DNA of 37,968 nucleotides from Octopus bimaculoides (Eukaryota). The notes beneath the pieces were generated by a model. That model was not told the origin of the DNA and ran no database searches. It saw nothing but the letters and a program-made list of their open reading frames with translations. The stretch lies in NCBI RefSeq assembly GCF_001194135.2, contig NC_068990.1:31616556-31654523 (forward strand), in the 5' to 3' direction. Position 1 is the stretch's first letter; each line of letters begins with the position of its first letter. Below, piece by piece: positions 1 through 10,851 of this stretch. The translations under genes were made by a program, and so were the position numbers.

Positions 1-1337
1 TCTGACAATGATCACGCTCGGATGGTGCTCTTAGCGCTCCACTGGCATTTTTCTCTAAAAATGCGGAGTACATGTGTTTCAGAATATGGAATATAATAAC
101 ATAAGGAAGAAATTTTTAGGGGTCATGGCTGTCGTCAAGGCACAAAAAGGTCGGAGTGGCAGACATCTAAAAACATTTTAAATTTTATTTTTTAGAAATG
201 GGTTTCCCCATTTGTTTTGAAATGTGTGATGCGAGAAAAAGAAAATGATTTGAAAGATCTCCGTCAAAACGGAGAAATTCCAATTTATGTAGGACAACTA
301 TTCCGCAAGTCTGCTGGAATAATAAAGGAAAATTTCCCTTTCCCTTTCCCATGAGGCATGGGACTTTGAGGAATACCTATTCCAAAATCCCACCCAATTC
401 TGTACTAAAATAAAGCTCTGAGCAGGCCCAGTAACATCTTTTCTCGGTATAAGCATTCAGTACGAAGACAGTGAATGTACTTACATGAAGACTGAATGCT
501 ACACAAATACAAAATATCAGTGGTAAAATCCTTACAAATAACAGAATAGAATTCTTTTCTGCTAACGAAGAAATCCACAGCGAAACATTTCTCAACAACG
601 CTTATTTTAACAAACTAATAGAAATACAACTTAACGTAAATTATACACACAAGATCATCAGTCGACCACATGGCTATAAAGAATAGCAAAAGACGGGAAG
701 ATGACAAATATTTTTCTGGAAGTTTTGTGACATAACAGGTGAAGGCATTATGGCGATTAAAGTAATTTATTTAAGATTAATTAAATTAAAATTATTCAAC
801 TTAAGATACAAGCTATAAAATTAATTTTGAAATGTAAGACCTAAAATACAGTTTAAAATACCGCTTTGTTTTTTAATTTAAATTTAGATAATGAAATTAA
901 TGAAATACTCTAAAAAGAAAATGTTTTGTTCTATTCAGTTGTATAGAGAGATGAATGGTTATTCAAGTTAGCAATGTGGGAATAAGGATGCCCTTCCAGA
1001 AGTGTTAGAATACACTTCTAAGACTTAAAGAAGAACAGATAACCAAGAATTTAACTGCTTAGGAGGCGGGACGTCTATTACAATATAAAAAGGTGGAAAT
1101 AAATGCATAAATAACTGGCACTCCATCGGTTACGACGATGACTGTTACAGTTGGTCCGATCAACGGAACAGATTGCTCGTGAAATTAACGTGCAAGAAGC
1201 TGAGTACTCCACAAACACGTGTCCCCTTAACAGAGTTCTCATGAAAATTCAACGTGACACAATGTAACAAGGCCGGTCCTTTGAAATACAGGTAGAACTC
1301 ATTTTTGCTAGCTGAGTGGACTGGACAACGTGAAATA

Positions 1338-2263
1338 CGAAGGTGGTATCAAAAAGTCCCAGGACTAGTTATGTTTAATAAAAGAATAACTTACTTAGCT
1401 AAGTTTTAACATCATCTCCTTCGAAACAGTCACATTGCACAACGATTCGCCGGTTCCAGAGTTCCTGCTACTTTTGAAATCCAACCTGGAAGTCGTTTTC
1501 CATAAGCGAGTCGCGGACCTTCTGCGATTCTCACCTGATTTCGACAGCGGTGTTAAAACGGCAACCTTTGAGCTGCATTTACATCTTGGGGAAGAGATGG
1601 AAGTTCGCAGGGAATAAATCTGGTGAATATGGCGAATGCGGAAGCGATACTATGTTGTTTTTGGCGAGAAACTCACGAGTGAGGAGAGCTCGGTGACAAA
1701 GTGCATTGTCATCGTGAAGAATTCAAATCTTCGCGCTCCACAGATCCCGTCGCTTTCATTGAATGTCCTCCCTCAGACACTTCAAAACGTTGGAGTTGAA
1801 CTCTCCATTGACGGTCTGGTCTCGAGGGATGACTTCTCGTTCCACAATACCGCAGATGTCGAAATAAAAATTTTTTTAAAAACGACAAGCATGCTCTTGA
1901 TTGAGCTGCGGCTCTGTCGTGCCCTTTGAAGCGCCTGCACCACTCGAAACATTGCGTACGACCCATTGCCTAGTCGCCGTAAGCTTGCCGAACCATGCTC
2001 AATGTCTCTGTGGCAGACTTCCCAAGTTTAGCACAAAATTTCACAATGGCTCTTTGTTCCTGTCCATGACAAAATCGCAGACTACAGCATACACGTGATC
2101 ACTAAAACACAAATTTCACAACTTGCGAAGTAAACACAGCGATGTCACTCGGCACACTGCCACATGAAGGTCACTGCTAGCTGTCAGTGCACACGCAACC
2201 GTGTGCTGCCATTTGTTGACGCGCCACAGAACTAGTCCGGGAGCTTTTTTATATACCAACTCG
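1338..2263 (-). mobile_element. Internally deleted mariner (Tc1/mariner) DNA transposon
   Basis: Imperfect ~30 bp TIRs (CGAAGGTGGTATCAAAAAGTCCCAGGACTAGT / ACTAGTCCGGGAGCTTTTTTATATACCAACTCG) with TA on both sides (1336-37, 2264-65). Transposase remnants lie on the minus strand. Confidence 0.92.
1399..2067 (-). pseudogene. Mariner transposase pseudogene (stops, frameshifts, internal deletion)
   Basis: N-terminus AIVKFCAKLGKSATETLSMVRQAYGD*AMGRTQCFEWCRRFK, then KSMLVVF..FDICGIV, ILHDDNALCH, HSPYSPDLFPANFHLFPKM and C-terminal CDCFEGDDVKT*. The second HTH and the first catalytic D region are deleted near 1920. Confidence 0.9.
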
Positions 2264-2792
2264 TAAGGTATCTTACTCAAGGACACAACGCGCTGCCGGG
2301 TATCAAACTCCCGGTCGTAAGCGGAATGCCCCTTCCACTAAATCACGCGTCTTCTAATACATGAATATAGGTATATAAATACGTTTGTCCTTAAAGAAAA
2401 AAGAATGGGAATGAAGCTAATGGTATTATTTAAGTGTCACGCAAGCTCACCGTTATCTTTTAGTTATTAGAGGTACAAGTCAACTATTGATATCTTCTAT
2501 CTATCTCTCTACGTTACACTTCTGTCTATATCTCTACGTTATACTTCTCAATCCTTCTCACGTTACACTGTGAGAAAGGTTGAGAAGGACCACCGACAAC
2601 ATCCCTTTATTCGAAGAAGAGTTGAGTGAAGAGATAAGCAACCTCTTACAAATAGAAAAAAAAACTAACACTGTTCAAAGGTGATCCAACGGATAGAACA
2701 AAACGTAAATAAAGTATAACGTAACGCAAGTGTCCACATGTACGAACTATCAGACTGATTTTGACATATGAGCGTTGTTTAATCAACTGGAC

Positions 2793-3638
2793 TAGTGGTT
2801 TTCAACTATTTTTTTTTTTTTACCTACAGACCCCTTTGATTACTGTTTTATTCTGGTGGACACCCCTGCCATTCGATGTTTCATAAGTAGTTTTATAGAT
2901 GCTTCTTTCAAAATTACTGTTTTGTTTTTCACACATTCACTTATACAGGTTTGCAATTGCACTCTCTGAGAGAACATGTTTCAGCAGCTGGAAGCATGTT
3001 GAACTCTCTCTCTCTCTTTTACTCTTTTACTTGTTTCAGTCATTTGACTGCGGCCATGCAGGAGCACCGCCTTTAGTCGAACAAATCGACCCCAGGACTT
3101 ATTCTTTGTAAGCCTAGTACTTATTCTATCGGTCTGTTTTGCCGAACCGCTAAGTTACGGGGACGTAAACACACCAGCATCGGTTGTCAAGTGATGTTGG
3201 GGATACAAACATATACACACAAACACGCATATATATATATACATATACATATATACGACGAGCTTCTTTCAGTTTCCGTCTACCAAATCCACTCACAAGG
3301 CTTTGGTAGGCCCGAGGCTATAGTAGNNNNNNNNNNCTACCAAATCCACTCACAAGGCTTTGGTAGGCCCGAGGCTATAGTAGAAGACACTTGCCTAAGG
3401 TGCCACGCAGTGGGACTGAACCCAGAACCATGTGGTCCATAAGCGAGCTACTTACCACACAGCCGTGTCAGATAAAAGGAACCTAGTTGTTTCTTGCAAA
3501 TTTTTTTCATTGGCCCTTATACTACTACTTAGAATCCCCTATTTTCTATTTTGCTTGTATGGACCCCACCCCACAAAAACAAAATTATGTGTACCCCCCT
3601 CCCCCAGAATCCATATGAACCCTGGTTGAGAACCACTG
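2793..3638. mobile_element. hAT-type MITE (copy 1) interrupted by a composite SINE
   Basis: TIRs TAGTGGTTTTCAACT / GGTTGAGAACCACTG. Internal sequence (TTTGATTACTGTTTTATTCTGGTGGAC) is the reverse complement of the copy at 18251-18599. No matching 8-bp TSD is visible for this copy. Confidence 0.75.
3016..3467 (-). mobile_element. Composite tRNA/CORE-type SINE: head + microsatellite + 3' module (family 2, copy A)
   Basis: Minus-strand head has A/B-box-like motifs (GGCTGTGTGGT, GGTTCAGTCCC) and CORE-like CACCTTAGGCAAGTGTCTTC. It is followed by a TA/CA tract and a module ending TGACTGAAACAAGTAAAAGAG. The same order recurs at 7256-7716 and 18797-19221. Confidence 0.85.
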
Positions 3639-4802
3639 TCTCAATGATGCTTCATTGCTGGGTATAGTTCCAGGAACTATATACTTCGTCTGCTATTTCT
3701 GAAATATTAATCACTATCAGATACTATAAAGAAGGAGTTCTATACGTTAATTTTACGAAATTTTGGGCAGCCACTGTCGTTACTTCTGGCTTCTGTCGCA
3801 ATTTACCTTCACTTTTTACGACTGTAAACTGCATGTTAACCTGGGCATGTCACAGATTCCATCAATGAATTGAGGTAACCATTTATTTGGGCAGAGTTCC
3901 CAGGTCAAGTGTTTTTTCAAGTTGACTAGTGCTTTTTGAGTGGAATTTGACTGAAGAAAAAACAGTGAAAGAGTAAATCTTAGAGATGAAGAATGTTAGT
4001 TAAATTATGACTTACTATTCAGACTATGAAGGGTTCAATGTTGGTATCGGTNNNNNNNNNNNNNNNNNNNNNNNNNNNNNNNNNNNNNNNNNNNNNNNNN
4101 NNNNNNNNNNNNNNNNNNNNNNNNNNNNNNNNNNNNNNNNNNNNNNNNNNNNNNNNNNNNNNNNNNNNNNNNNNNNNNNNNNNNNNNNNNNNNNNNNNNN
4201 NNNNNNNNNNNNNNNNNNNNNNNNNNNNNNNNNNNNNNNNNNNNNNNNNNNNNNNNNNNNNNNNNNNNNNNNNNNNNNNNNNNNNNNNNNNNNNNNNNNN
4301 NNNNNNNNNNNNNNNNNNNNNNNNNNNNNNNNNNNNNNNNNNNNNNNNNNNNNNNNNNNNNNNNNNNNNNNNNNNNNNNNNNNNNNNNNNNNNNNNNNNN
4401 NNNNNNNNNNNNNNNNNNNNNNNNNNNNNNNNNNNNNNNNNNNNNNNNNNNNNNNNNNNNNNNNNNNNNNNNNNNNNNNNNNNNNNNNNNNNNNNNNNNN
4501 NNNNNNNNNNNNNNNNNNNNNNNNNNNNNNNNNNNNNNNNNNNNNNNNNNNNNNNNNNNNNNNNNNNNNNNNNNNNNNNNNNNNNNNNNNNNNNNNNNNN
4601 NNNNNNNNNNNNNNNNNNNNNNNNNNNNNNNNNNNNNNNNNNNNNNNNNNNNNNNNNNNNNNNNNNNNNNNNNNNNNNNNNNNNNNNNNNNNNNNNNNNN
4701 NNNNNNNNNNNNNNNNNNNNNNNNNNNNNNNNNNNNNNNNNNNNNNNNNNNNNNNNNNNNNNNNNNNNNNNNNNNNNNNNNNNNNNNNNNNNNNNNNNNN
4801 NN

Positions 4803-4848
<46 letters not shown>
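4803..4848. repeat. (CA)n microsatellite at the edge of gap 4052-4802
   Basis: Pure CA run directly after the N-run. Confidence 0.95.
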
Positions 4849-4851
<3 letters not shown>

Positions 4852-5038
4852 TCATTTGTTTTCGTTTGATAATACCGATTTGCCTTTTCGTGTTATGTCT
4901 ACTTAACTGATGACGTAAAACTCAGTATAATTGGGGCAACTACTCAATTGAACCAAAGTGTTCTTATGTCGATATGCGTCTCAAATTACCTATATGTATA
5001 TATATAACACATATGCACTTATGCATATGTGTGTATGT

Positions 5039-5069
<31 letters not shown>

Positions 5070-5157
5070 AGTGAGTAAACAAGCGAAAAGAGTAGCACTC
5101 AACGACACATTTAGTGCGAGTTACATATATTTTTAATAAATTTGACTTCACTTCACA

Positions 5158-5254
5158 TGACCTGATGTTTCGTGGGCGTTTAGGGTACGTCCATTTTTGC
5201 TCCAAGCATCTGATAAGATGGACGTGTCTTACACGCCCACAAAACTTCAGGTCA
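5158..5254 (+). other. Long imperfect hairpin, pre-miRNA-like geometry
   Basis: Arms 5158-5197 and 5215-5254 (40 nt each, no indels): 33 Watson-Crick pairs, 4 G:U pairs on the + strand, 3 mismatches, 17-nt loop. The hairpin is directly visible; RNA function is unproven. Confidence 0.6.
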
Positions 5255-5854
5255 GATGTTGTGTGTGTGTGTTAGCACTAACAGACCCTCTTTAAGAGAA
5301 CGTATTAACAGTGGTATACAGAGATGATATACAGAGATGATATACAGAGATCATTTATTGCATATTATAATATTTTTGTATGCGAGCAAGGATTAAATGG
5401 AAAAATACTAAAAAGCGGCAGAGGTAAATAACTGGAAGGTTTAAAACTCAATGATGTACAGAAATTATCTTCGACTAGAAACATTTATTGTTGCTATCAA
5501 GCCCCAAGTTAGACGTGACTGAGTAGATTTGTGAAGAAAGCCTTTGTGTCGCTTTGAATAAGAAAGACTACATACTCTAATGTATCAGTTTCTTCTGAAG
5601 ATTATAAATACATAAATGAAGACTTTCATAGGTTAGTTTTGACCATGTAACTGTGTCTGGAAAGTTCTTCTCTAGGGTGCATGTCGGGGCAAGGATTATA
5701 AAAAAAACCAGCAACATATCTCCCTTTTCTACATTACCAATGTTATGCAAAGGAAAAGTAGGTCTGATTCAGTTTGGTATCACTTTTGTCGCAAGAATTG
5801 TCGCCAGAACGTAAAGAACGAGGAAGGTACTGTAAAGCATCTCATCTGACGCTC

Positions 5855-6017
5855 TAATAAATCTGTTAATCCGCTGCCCTGGACTGGCACTTTATTTATC
5901 GATCCAAAAAGGGTGAGAGATAAATCGACCACGATAGGATTTGAAATTAGAGAGCAGAGAGCCAAAACAAGTACCGCAAAGCATTTTATACGATACTGTA
6001 ACCACTCTGCCAATTCG
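5855..6017 (-). mobile_element. Degenerate tRNA-derived SINE (family 3)
   Basis: Diverged match to 7873-8077 (TTTATCGATCCAAAAAGGGTGAGAGATAAATCGACC...GCATTTT...TCTGCCA). Confidence 0.6.
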
Positions 6018-6366
6018 AAATCTATTCTTCAGAGTCTGCGGTTGCTGTACAAATAAATTATCACTGAGGGAGGGAGAGGGGGGATTGAAAATATTAAAGA
6101 ATGCCGTTGTTAATGGTTGTCTCCATTACTTTAGAGGTTTTATATGCATATATTCTTTTTTCTTACATGCCGCTGTACAGGAAGGGGCCTACGCAGGCTC
6201 TTCAGGATCATTGAGATTGATGGCATTATTGTTACTTTTGACTTGCAATGGCAAGTCAAAATGAGAACGATTTTGCAGAGAGAGAGATGACGTTCTGAGA
6301 AGGAAGAACTGGTAAAACAACTGTCTGAAATCGTAAAGACATTGCTTAATTTAATAAATGATCAAA

Positions 6367-6586
6367 ACTGGCACTCCGTCGGTTACGACGACGAGGGTTC
6401 CAGTTGATCCGATCAACAGAACAGCCTGCACGTGAAATTAACGTGTAAGTGGCTGTGTACTCCACAGACGCTTACCCTTAACGTAGATCTCAGAGATATT
6501 CAGCGTGGCACAGAATGTGACAAGGCTGACTCCTTTGAATTACAGGTACTACTCATTTTTGCCAGCTGAGTGAACAGAAGTGAAAT
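6367..6586 (-). mobile_element. SINE family 1, copy lacking the tRNA head
   Basis: Co-linear with 1113-1337 over ~220 bp. Confidence 0.8.
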
Positions 6587-7255
6587 GATCGAAAAACCCA
6601 AACGTATAAGGAAAGCCGTGCATTTTTGAACGTCGTATGCGATTTCAACTCTTTAATTAGATTGTTTCCGCTGTGAATAATATTGTCAAACACAAATAGC
6701 CTCAGCAAATGAATTCACAGAAATACTTTAAATATTATAATATTTAGAAAGACAATTGAAGCAACCAAAGAAACTCTTACCGAGGACAGTAATGAAGTAA
6801 ACTTCGAAAGCATGTGAAAATATGCTGAAAAGTTAGGTGAAACTATAAAAGAAAATACACAGCACGCAATTCTTATTCGAGAAAACAAGAGTTCCACAGA
6901 AAATAAAGTGTCTCGTTGATTGCAAGTCTAAGTTGGTGAATCAGCAACGGAATTGGCACAGAATCAAACTGATCAAGACTGTCGTGATATATTACCTATT
7001 ATTTCAGTCAGCACAATGTGATTATGGAAATGGAATCACGATTTAATATTAATGATTAAAATCCACTTTATACATTCGACTATATATTACCCTAAATCCT
7101 GATACGTCTGTGACACAGATTTACACTACCAACTTGTATCGCATTATCGTGTTGAGTAGAATCATCTGAGGACAGAAAAGACAATTTACAGTCTGTCATG
7201 GACTTAAGCATTCATCAGGTTCACAGATGTAGCAGATTCACACCTATTTTTCCCC

Positions 7256-7716
7256 GTATTTTAGTCATTAGACTGTGGCCATGTTAGGGCACCGCCTTGA
7301 AGCGATTTTAGTCGAACGAATCGACCCCAGTGCATTTTTAAAGCCTAGTACTTATTCTGTCGGTCTCTTTCGCCAAACCGCTAAGTTGCGGGTACGTAAA
7401 CACATCAACACCGCTTGTCAAGCGGTAACGAGAGACAAACACAGATACAAAGACATAGATAGAAAGATAGATAGATAGATAGATAGATACATACATACAT
7501 ACATACATACAAACAGACAGACAGACAGACTCACACACACACTCACACAACCACATATGCACGACGGGCTTTTTTCAGTTTCCATCAACCAAATCCACTC
7601 GCAAGGCTTTGGTCAGCCCGAAGTTTATAGTAAAAGAAACTTGTCCAAGTTGCCACTCAGTCGGACAGAACCCGGAACCATGTGGTTGGGAAACAAATTT
7701 CTTTCCAGATAGTTAT
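7256..7716 (-). mobile_element. Composite SINE family 2, copy B, with internal (GATA)/(TACA)/(GACA)/(CA) tract
   Basis: Same 3' module, microsatellite and CORE-type head order as 3016-3467. Confidence 0.85.
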
Positions 7717-7872
7717 GTCTTGAATTCGAACCTGAAATGTTTAAGTCTGAAAGTCAAAACCGTTGGCGAATAAAACTGCTCAGTTTGGTAATGTTGACCA
7801 ACAATAATTTCCAACCATAAAATTCTGTAACTATAATGACTATTCGATACAAGAACAATTTCTAAAAAGTCC

Positions 7873-8077
7873 CAAAAGGCACAAGGCCTGGAATTTTGGG
7901 GGAAGGGACTAGTCGGTTACATCGACTCAAGTGCTTCATTGGTACTTAGTTTATCGAACCCGAAAGGATGAAAGGCAAAGTCGACCTCGGCGGAATTTGA
8001 ACTCAGAACGTAAAGACGGACGAAATGTCGCTAAGCATTTTGCCCGGCGTTATAACGATTCTGCCAGCTCACCACCC
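7873..8077 (-). mobile_element. tRNA-derived SINE family 3, near full length
   Basis: Minus strand reads GAGCTGGCAGAATCG (A-box-like)...GAGTTCAAATTCC (B-box-like)...GCCTTTCATCCTTTCGGGTTCGATAAACTAAGTACCA. The central motif resembles the Sauria/Meta-type conserved SINE domain (recognition from memory). Five further copies are in the window. Confidence 0.85.
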
Positions 8078-8783
8078 CTTATTTGGTAATAGCGACCAGC
8101 AATTATTGTCACTAGCCACAGTGCTGTAACTTTTTCATTTCTAGTTTGAATTGCTTTTATTTGTTCTATTGTTCTCGAGAAAGTCATGAGTGTTGCACAT
8201 TTTCATTTTCTTTACTCTATGAAACTTGTTTTATACTTATGTAAGAAAGTATAAGAAGAATTTGCCTTAAGCTGTAGTCTGCCTAACTTCCTGTTAGGAT
8301 ATAACAAATCGTTCACAAATTAGCTGCCGCCGAAAATCATCTGATAATCGCAAAACTAATACTTCCTTTTCTTTTTATCCGGCGCAATTTCCGGGAAGTG
8401 CTGTAGTACACTATAGTTTGTCATAGTTTTCAAGCTGTAAGAAAAAAAAATTGTCACAGTCTTAGAAGCAGACAAAACAAAACAAATGATATACTACACT
8501 CGTTATTATTTAGCCCCAAGAAACCCTGATCAAACAGAGCAAAGTTTCTTCTTCCGTGACCACCCCATCTTTCATTCTACACTCTGCACTTCGAACGATA
8601 TTATCTAATTATTATTCCCTTTTTAAAGATATTAGGGTATGATTTGAGATAGATTTGGATGCTATTTCTAGCAGGTCTAATAACCAAGTAGAGAACCCTT
8701 TGTTGACGTTTCACTGCCCTCATACAAAACTAGTGGATTGTATTGTATCTATTTAAACTTAAGTTCTTTGATAATTGAATATA

Positions 8784-9647
8784 TGAGATGCGTTCGCAAA
8801 GTATCTGACTTTATTTTTCCCCGCCAAAACTAATGCCGCATGGGAAAATCCTTTGCGTAGATGACGTCACACTTCCTGCGCTTGCGTGAAAATTATCGCA
8901 CTGGTAGGCCGAGTCAGTTCCCGACTGTTACGCCAAGAGTACAGACGCGTACTGCGCGCACGTCAAATTTTCGTTTTCACGCAAGGTAACAGAACGCATC
9001 GAGCAGCAACCATAAACCCATGTCTCAACATCAGTGATAATGGTCTTCATAAAATCTGGGTCGTGGTTTGCACGGTCCAGAATGTCTGAACGATTTCCAT
9101 GCGGAGTTGCCTCTTTGGGGATGAATTTCGCCGATACACTCCGCATGCACAAATCCTCTGTTAAAATGATCCTCTATGCTTACTCCCATTTCATGAGCAA
9201 TTTCCTGGATTGTTACGCAGCGGTCCTCCATAACTACTCGCCGAAGTTCCTCAATCGGCTCCTCATTTAGGTTTGTAGATGACCTGCCTGAGCATGCTTC
9301 GCTCTCCACCGAGATACGGCCATGTTTGAAGCGGTTGTACCAAAAGCCTGTTGAATCTTCTGGACAGTTTAAGTTTAAGTATCACCAAGCAGCCCTCGGC
9401 AAAACTTGGTGCAATATCTCTGCTCGATACATTCGGTCGTCTTGCGTGAAAACGAAAACCCGACGAACGCGCACTACATGTGTGTACTCTAGACATAACA
9501 GCAGAGAACTGAAGTGGCCTGCTGGCGCGAAAATTTTCACGCATGCGCAGGAAGAGGGAGGGGTTGCCTCCCACCCAAAGGATTTTGCCCACGTGGCATT
9601 AGCTTTGGCGGGAAAAATGAAGTCGGATACTTTTTTAATGCATTTCG
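8784..9647. mobile_element. Mariner-derived element bounded by two inverted copies of the 5' end
   Basis: TA at 8782-83 and 9648-49. 8784-9006 is the reverse complement (diverged) of ~9420-9647. Minus-strand transposase remnant 9440->9007: TECIEQRYCTKFC..., ESEACSGRSST, VMEDRCVTIQEIAHEMGVS, IITDVETWVYG. Confidence 0.88.
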
Positions 9648-10240
9648 TATCTAAGTATACGTGACGTGACACAGCACTAAATGCACATTATAAATTGATG
9701 TTTTCACATCAAAATGCCCATTGGTCAGAGTGCCACTTTCAAATAAATAAATAAATAAATAAAAATGCACAAAAACAAAAAGACCTCACAGAAACAAACT
9801 GAACCACTGAATGAATACTTAGGGAAAAAAAAGGAAAATAATAAGACAAAGACAAGTAGGATGATGAACTGAAATTTACCTCCTTCGAAGATAGAACCAA
9901 AATCCAATGGACAGAATCACAAATTTGCGATTCAAGCGGCATTGAGGGGATGTATTGATTACAGAGACGCAGTTCGATGTTAGAATACTCTCGTTAGACA
10001 AATTGTGGATAAAAATGAAAGAAAACTGTCTCAATGAATTGAAACAGATGTGGGTTGTTATCTACTCCAACCTACATAAAAAAAATCTAAAAGGCATATT
10101 ATTTGCATGCATAAGGCTGCAGTTCGAGCAATTGTGAGTGGATAGTGATGTGATGCTCCTTGAAATGACCTATCCAGTCATTTCTCAACCGCATGTGGGC
10201 GTGAATCGTAAATGTTCTTACGTTCTTTATTCTGTTTTAA

Positions 10241-10454
10241 TCCTTTTGATACCAAAATCTCTAAGACCTTTCCATGAAGCAAATTTCCTGCTTGAAAGTG
10301 ATCTAAATTAAAACTTTCCATCACAATTTGATGGTAACTTAACTTGTTAACAGACACTAACCTAATAATGAACGATGTAGTTATTTCTTCATCATTCTCA
10401 AAATTAATTGGGAAAAAGGCAGTATATTTCAACAGAAATATAGTTACAAAAAGG
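10241..10454. mobile_element. piggyBac-type MITE
   Basis: TTAA on both sides (10237-40, 10455-58) and imperfect 14-bp TIRs TCCTTTTGATACCA / TAGTTACAAAAAGG; non-coding AT-rich interior. Confidence 0.7.
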
Positions 10455-10550
10455 TTAATTATATCTTGATGTGCGTTTTATGATTATATTTATTTCTGTG
10501 TAATTACGGGTTTTTATATATTTTTAACTTGCTTTGCGATACTTCTTCCC

Positions 10551-10725
10551 GTGTTATACGTTCTGAGATCAAATCGCGCAAAAGTCAACTTTGCCTTTCA
10601 TCCTTTCGGGATTGATAAAATAAAATACTTGTCAAGTACTGGGGTCGAGGTAATCGACTTGCTTCCTGCCACTTCAAAACTACTGGCCTTGTATCTAACA
10701 ATTGCGGTTGTTGCAGTCAGCGCTG
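10551..10725 (+). mobile_element. SINE family 3, 5'-truncated
   Basis: GTTCTGAGATCAAATC...CAACTTTGCCTTTCATCCTTTCGGGATTGATAAAATAAAATAC...ACTGGGGTCGAGGTAATCGACT...GGCCTTGT. Confidence 0.8.
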
Positions 10726-10851
10726 GATTAAGCATTAAGCAAAATAAGCACGTGCTTGGAGCATCAAGGGAAGGAGGGGAAACTACAGAAATGGTAACTG
10801 GTTTACGGCACAAAAAAAAATCACTTTAAACTTGCTAAAATAATATTCGCG

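Larger units (their letters stand above)
1113..2354 (-). mobile_element. tRNA-derived SINE (family 1), split by a mariner insertion (SINE pieces 1113-1337 and 2266-2354)
   Basis: 1113-1337 matches a second copy at 6367-6586 (ACTGGCACTCC.TCGGTTACGACGA...TCATTTTTGC.AGCTGAGTG). After the mariner the SINE resumes (AGGTATCTTACTCAAGGACACAACGCG...CCACTAAATCACGCGTCTTC); on the minus strand this is a degenerate tRNA-like head plus a CCTTGAGTAAGATAC central motif. Confidence 0.8.

Noticed and set aside
3280-3383. Exact 47-bp tandem duplication (3280-3326 and 3337-3383)
   Set aside because: The copies flank a 10-N gap; this is the typical unmerged contig overlap, not a biological duplication.
4007-4910. 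Long ORFs of 270-299 aa (similar ones at 22.6, 27.6, 31.3, 33.8 and 35.5 kb)
   Set aside because: They are translations through N-gaps and microsatellites.
4905-4935. CTGATGA motif as a possible hammerhead ribozyme core
   Set aside because: No stem II followed by GAAA and no stem III/UH site.
5315-5351. Three copies of TATACAGAGATGA
   Set aside because: Local slippage minisatellite with no spacers; not CRISPR-like.
8490-8700. Segment resembling a common octopus dispersed repeat
   Set aside because: Recognised only from memory, with a weak partial echo near 5500; no ends or coding motif to support a call.
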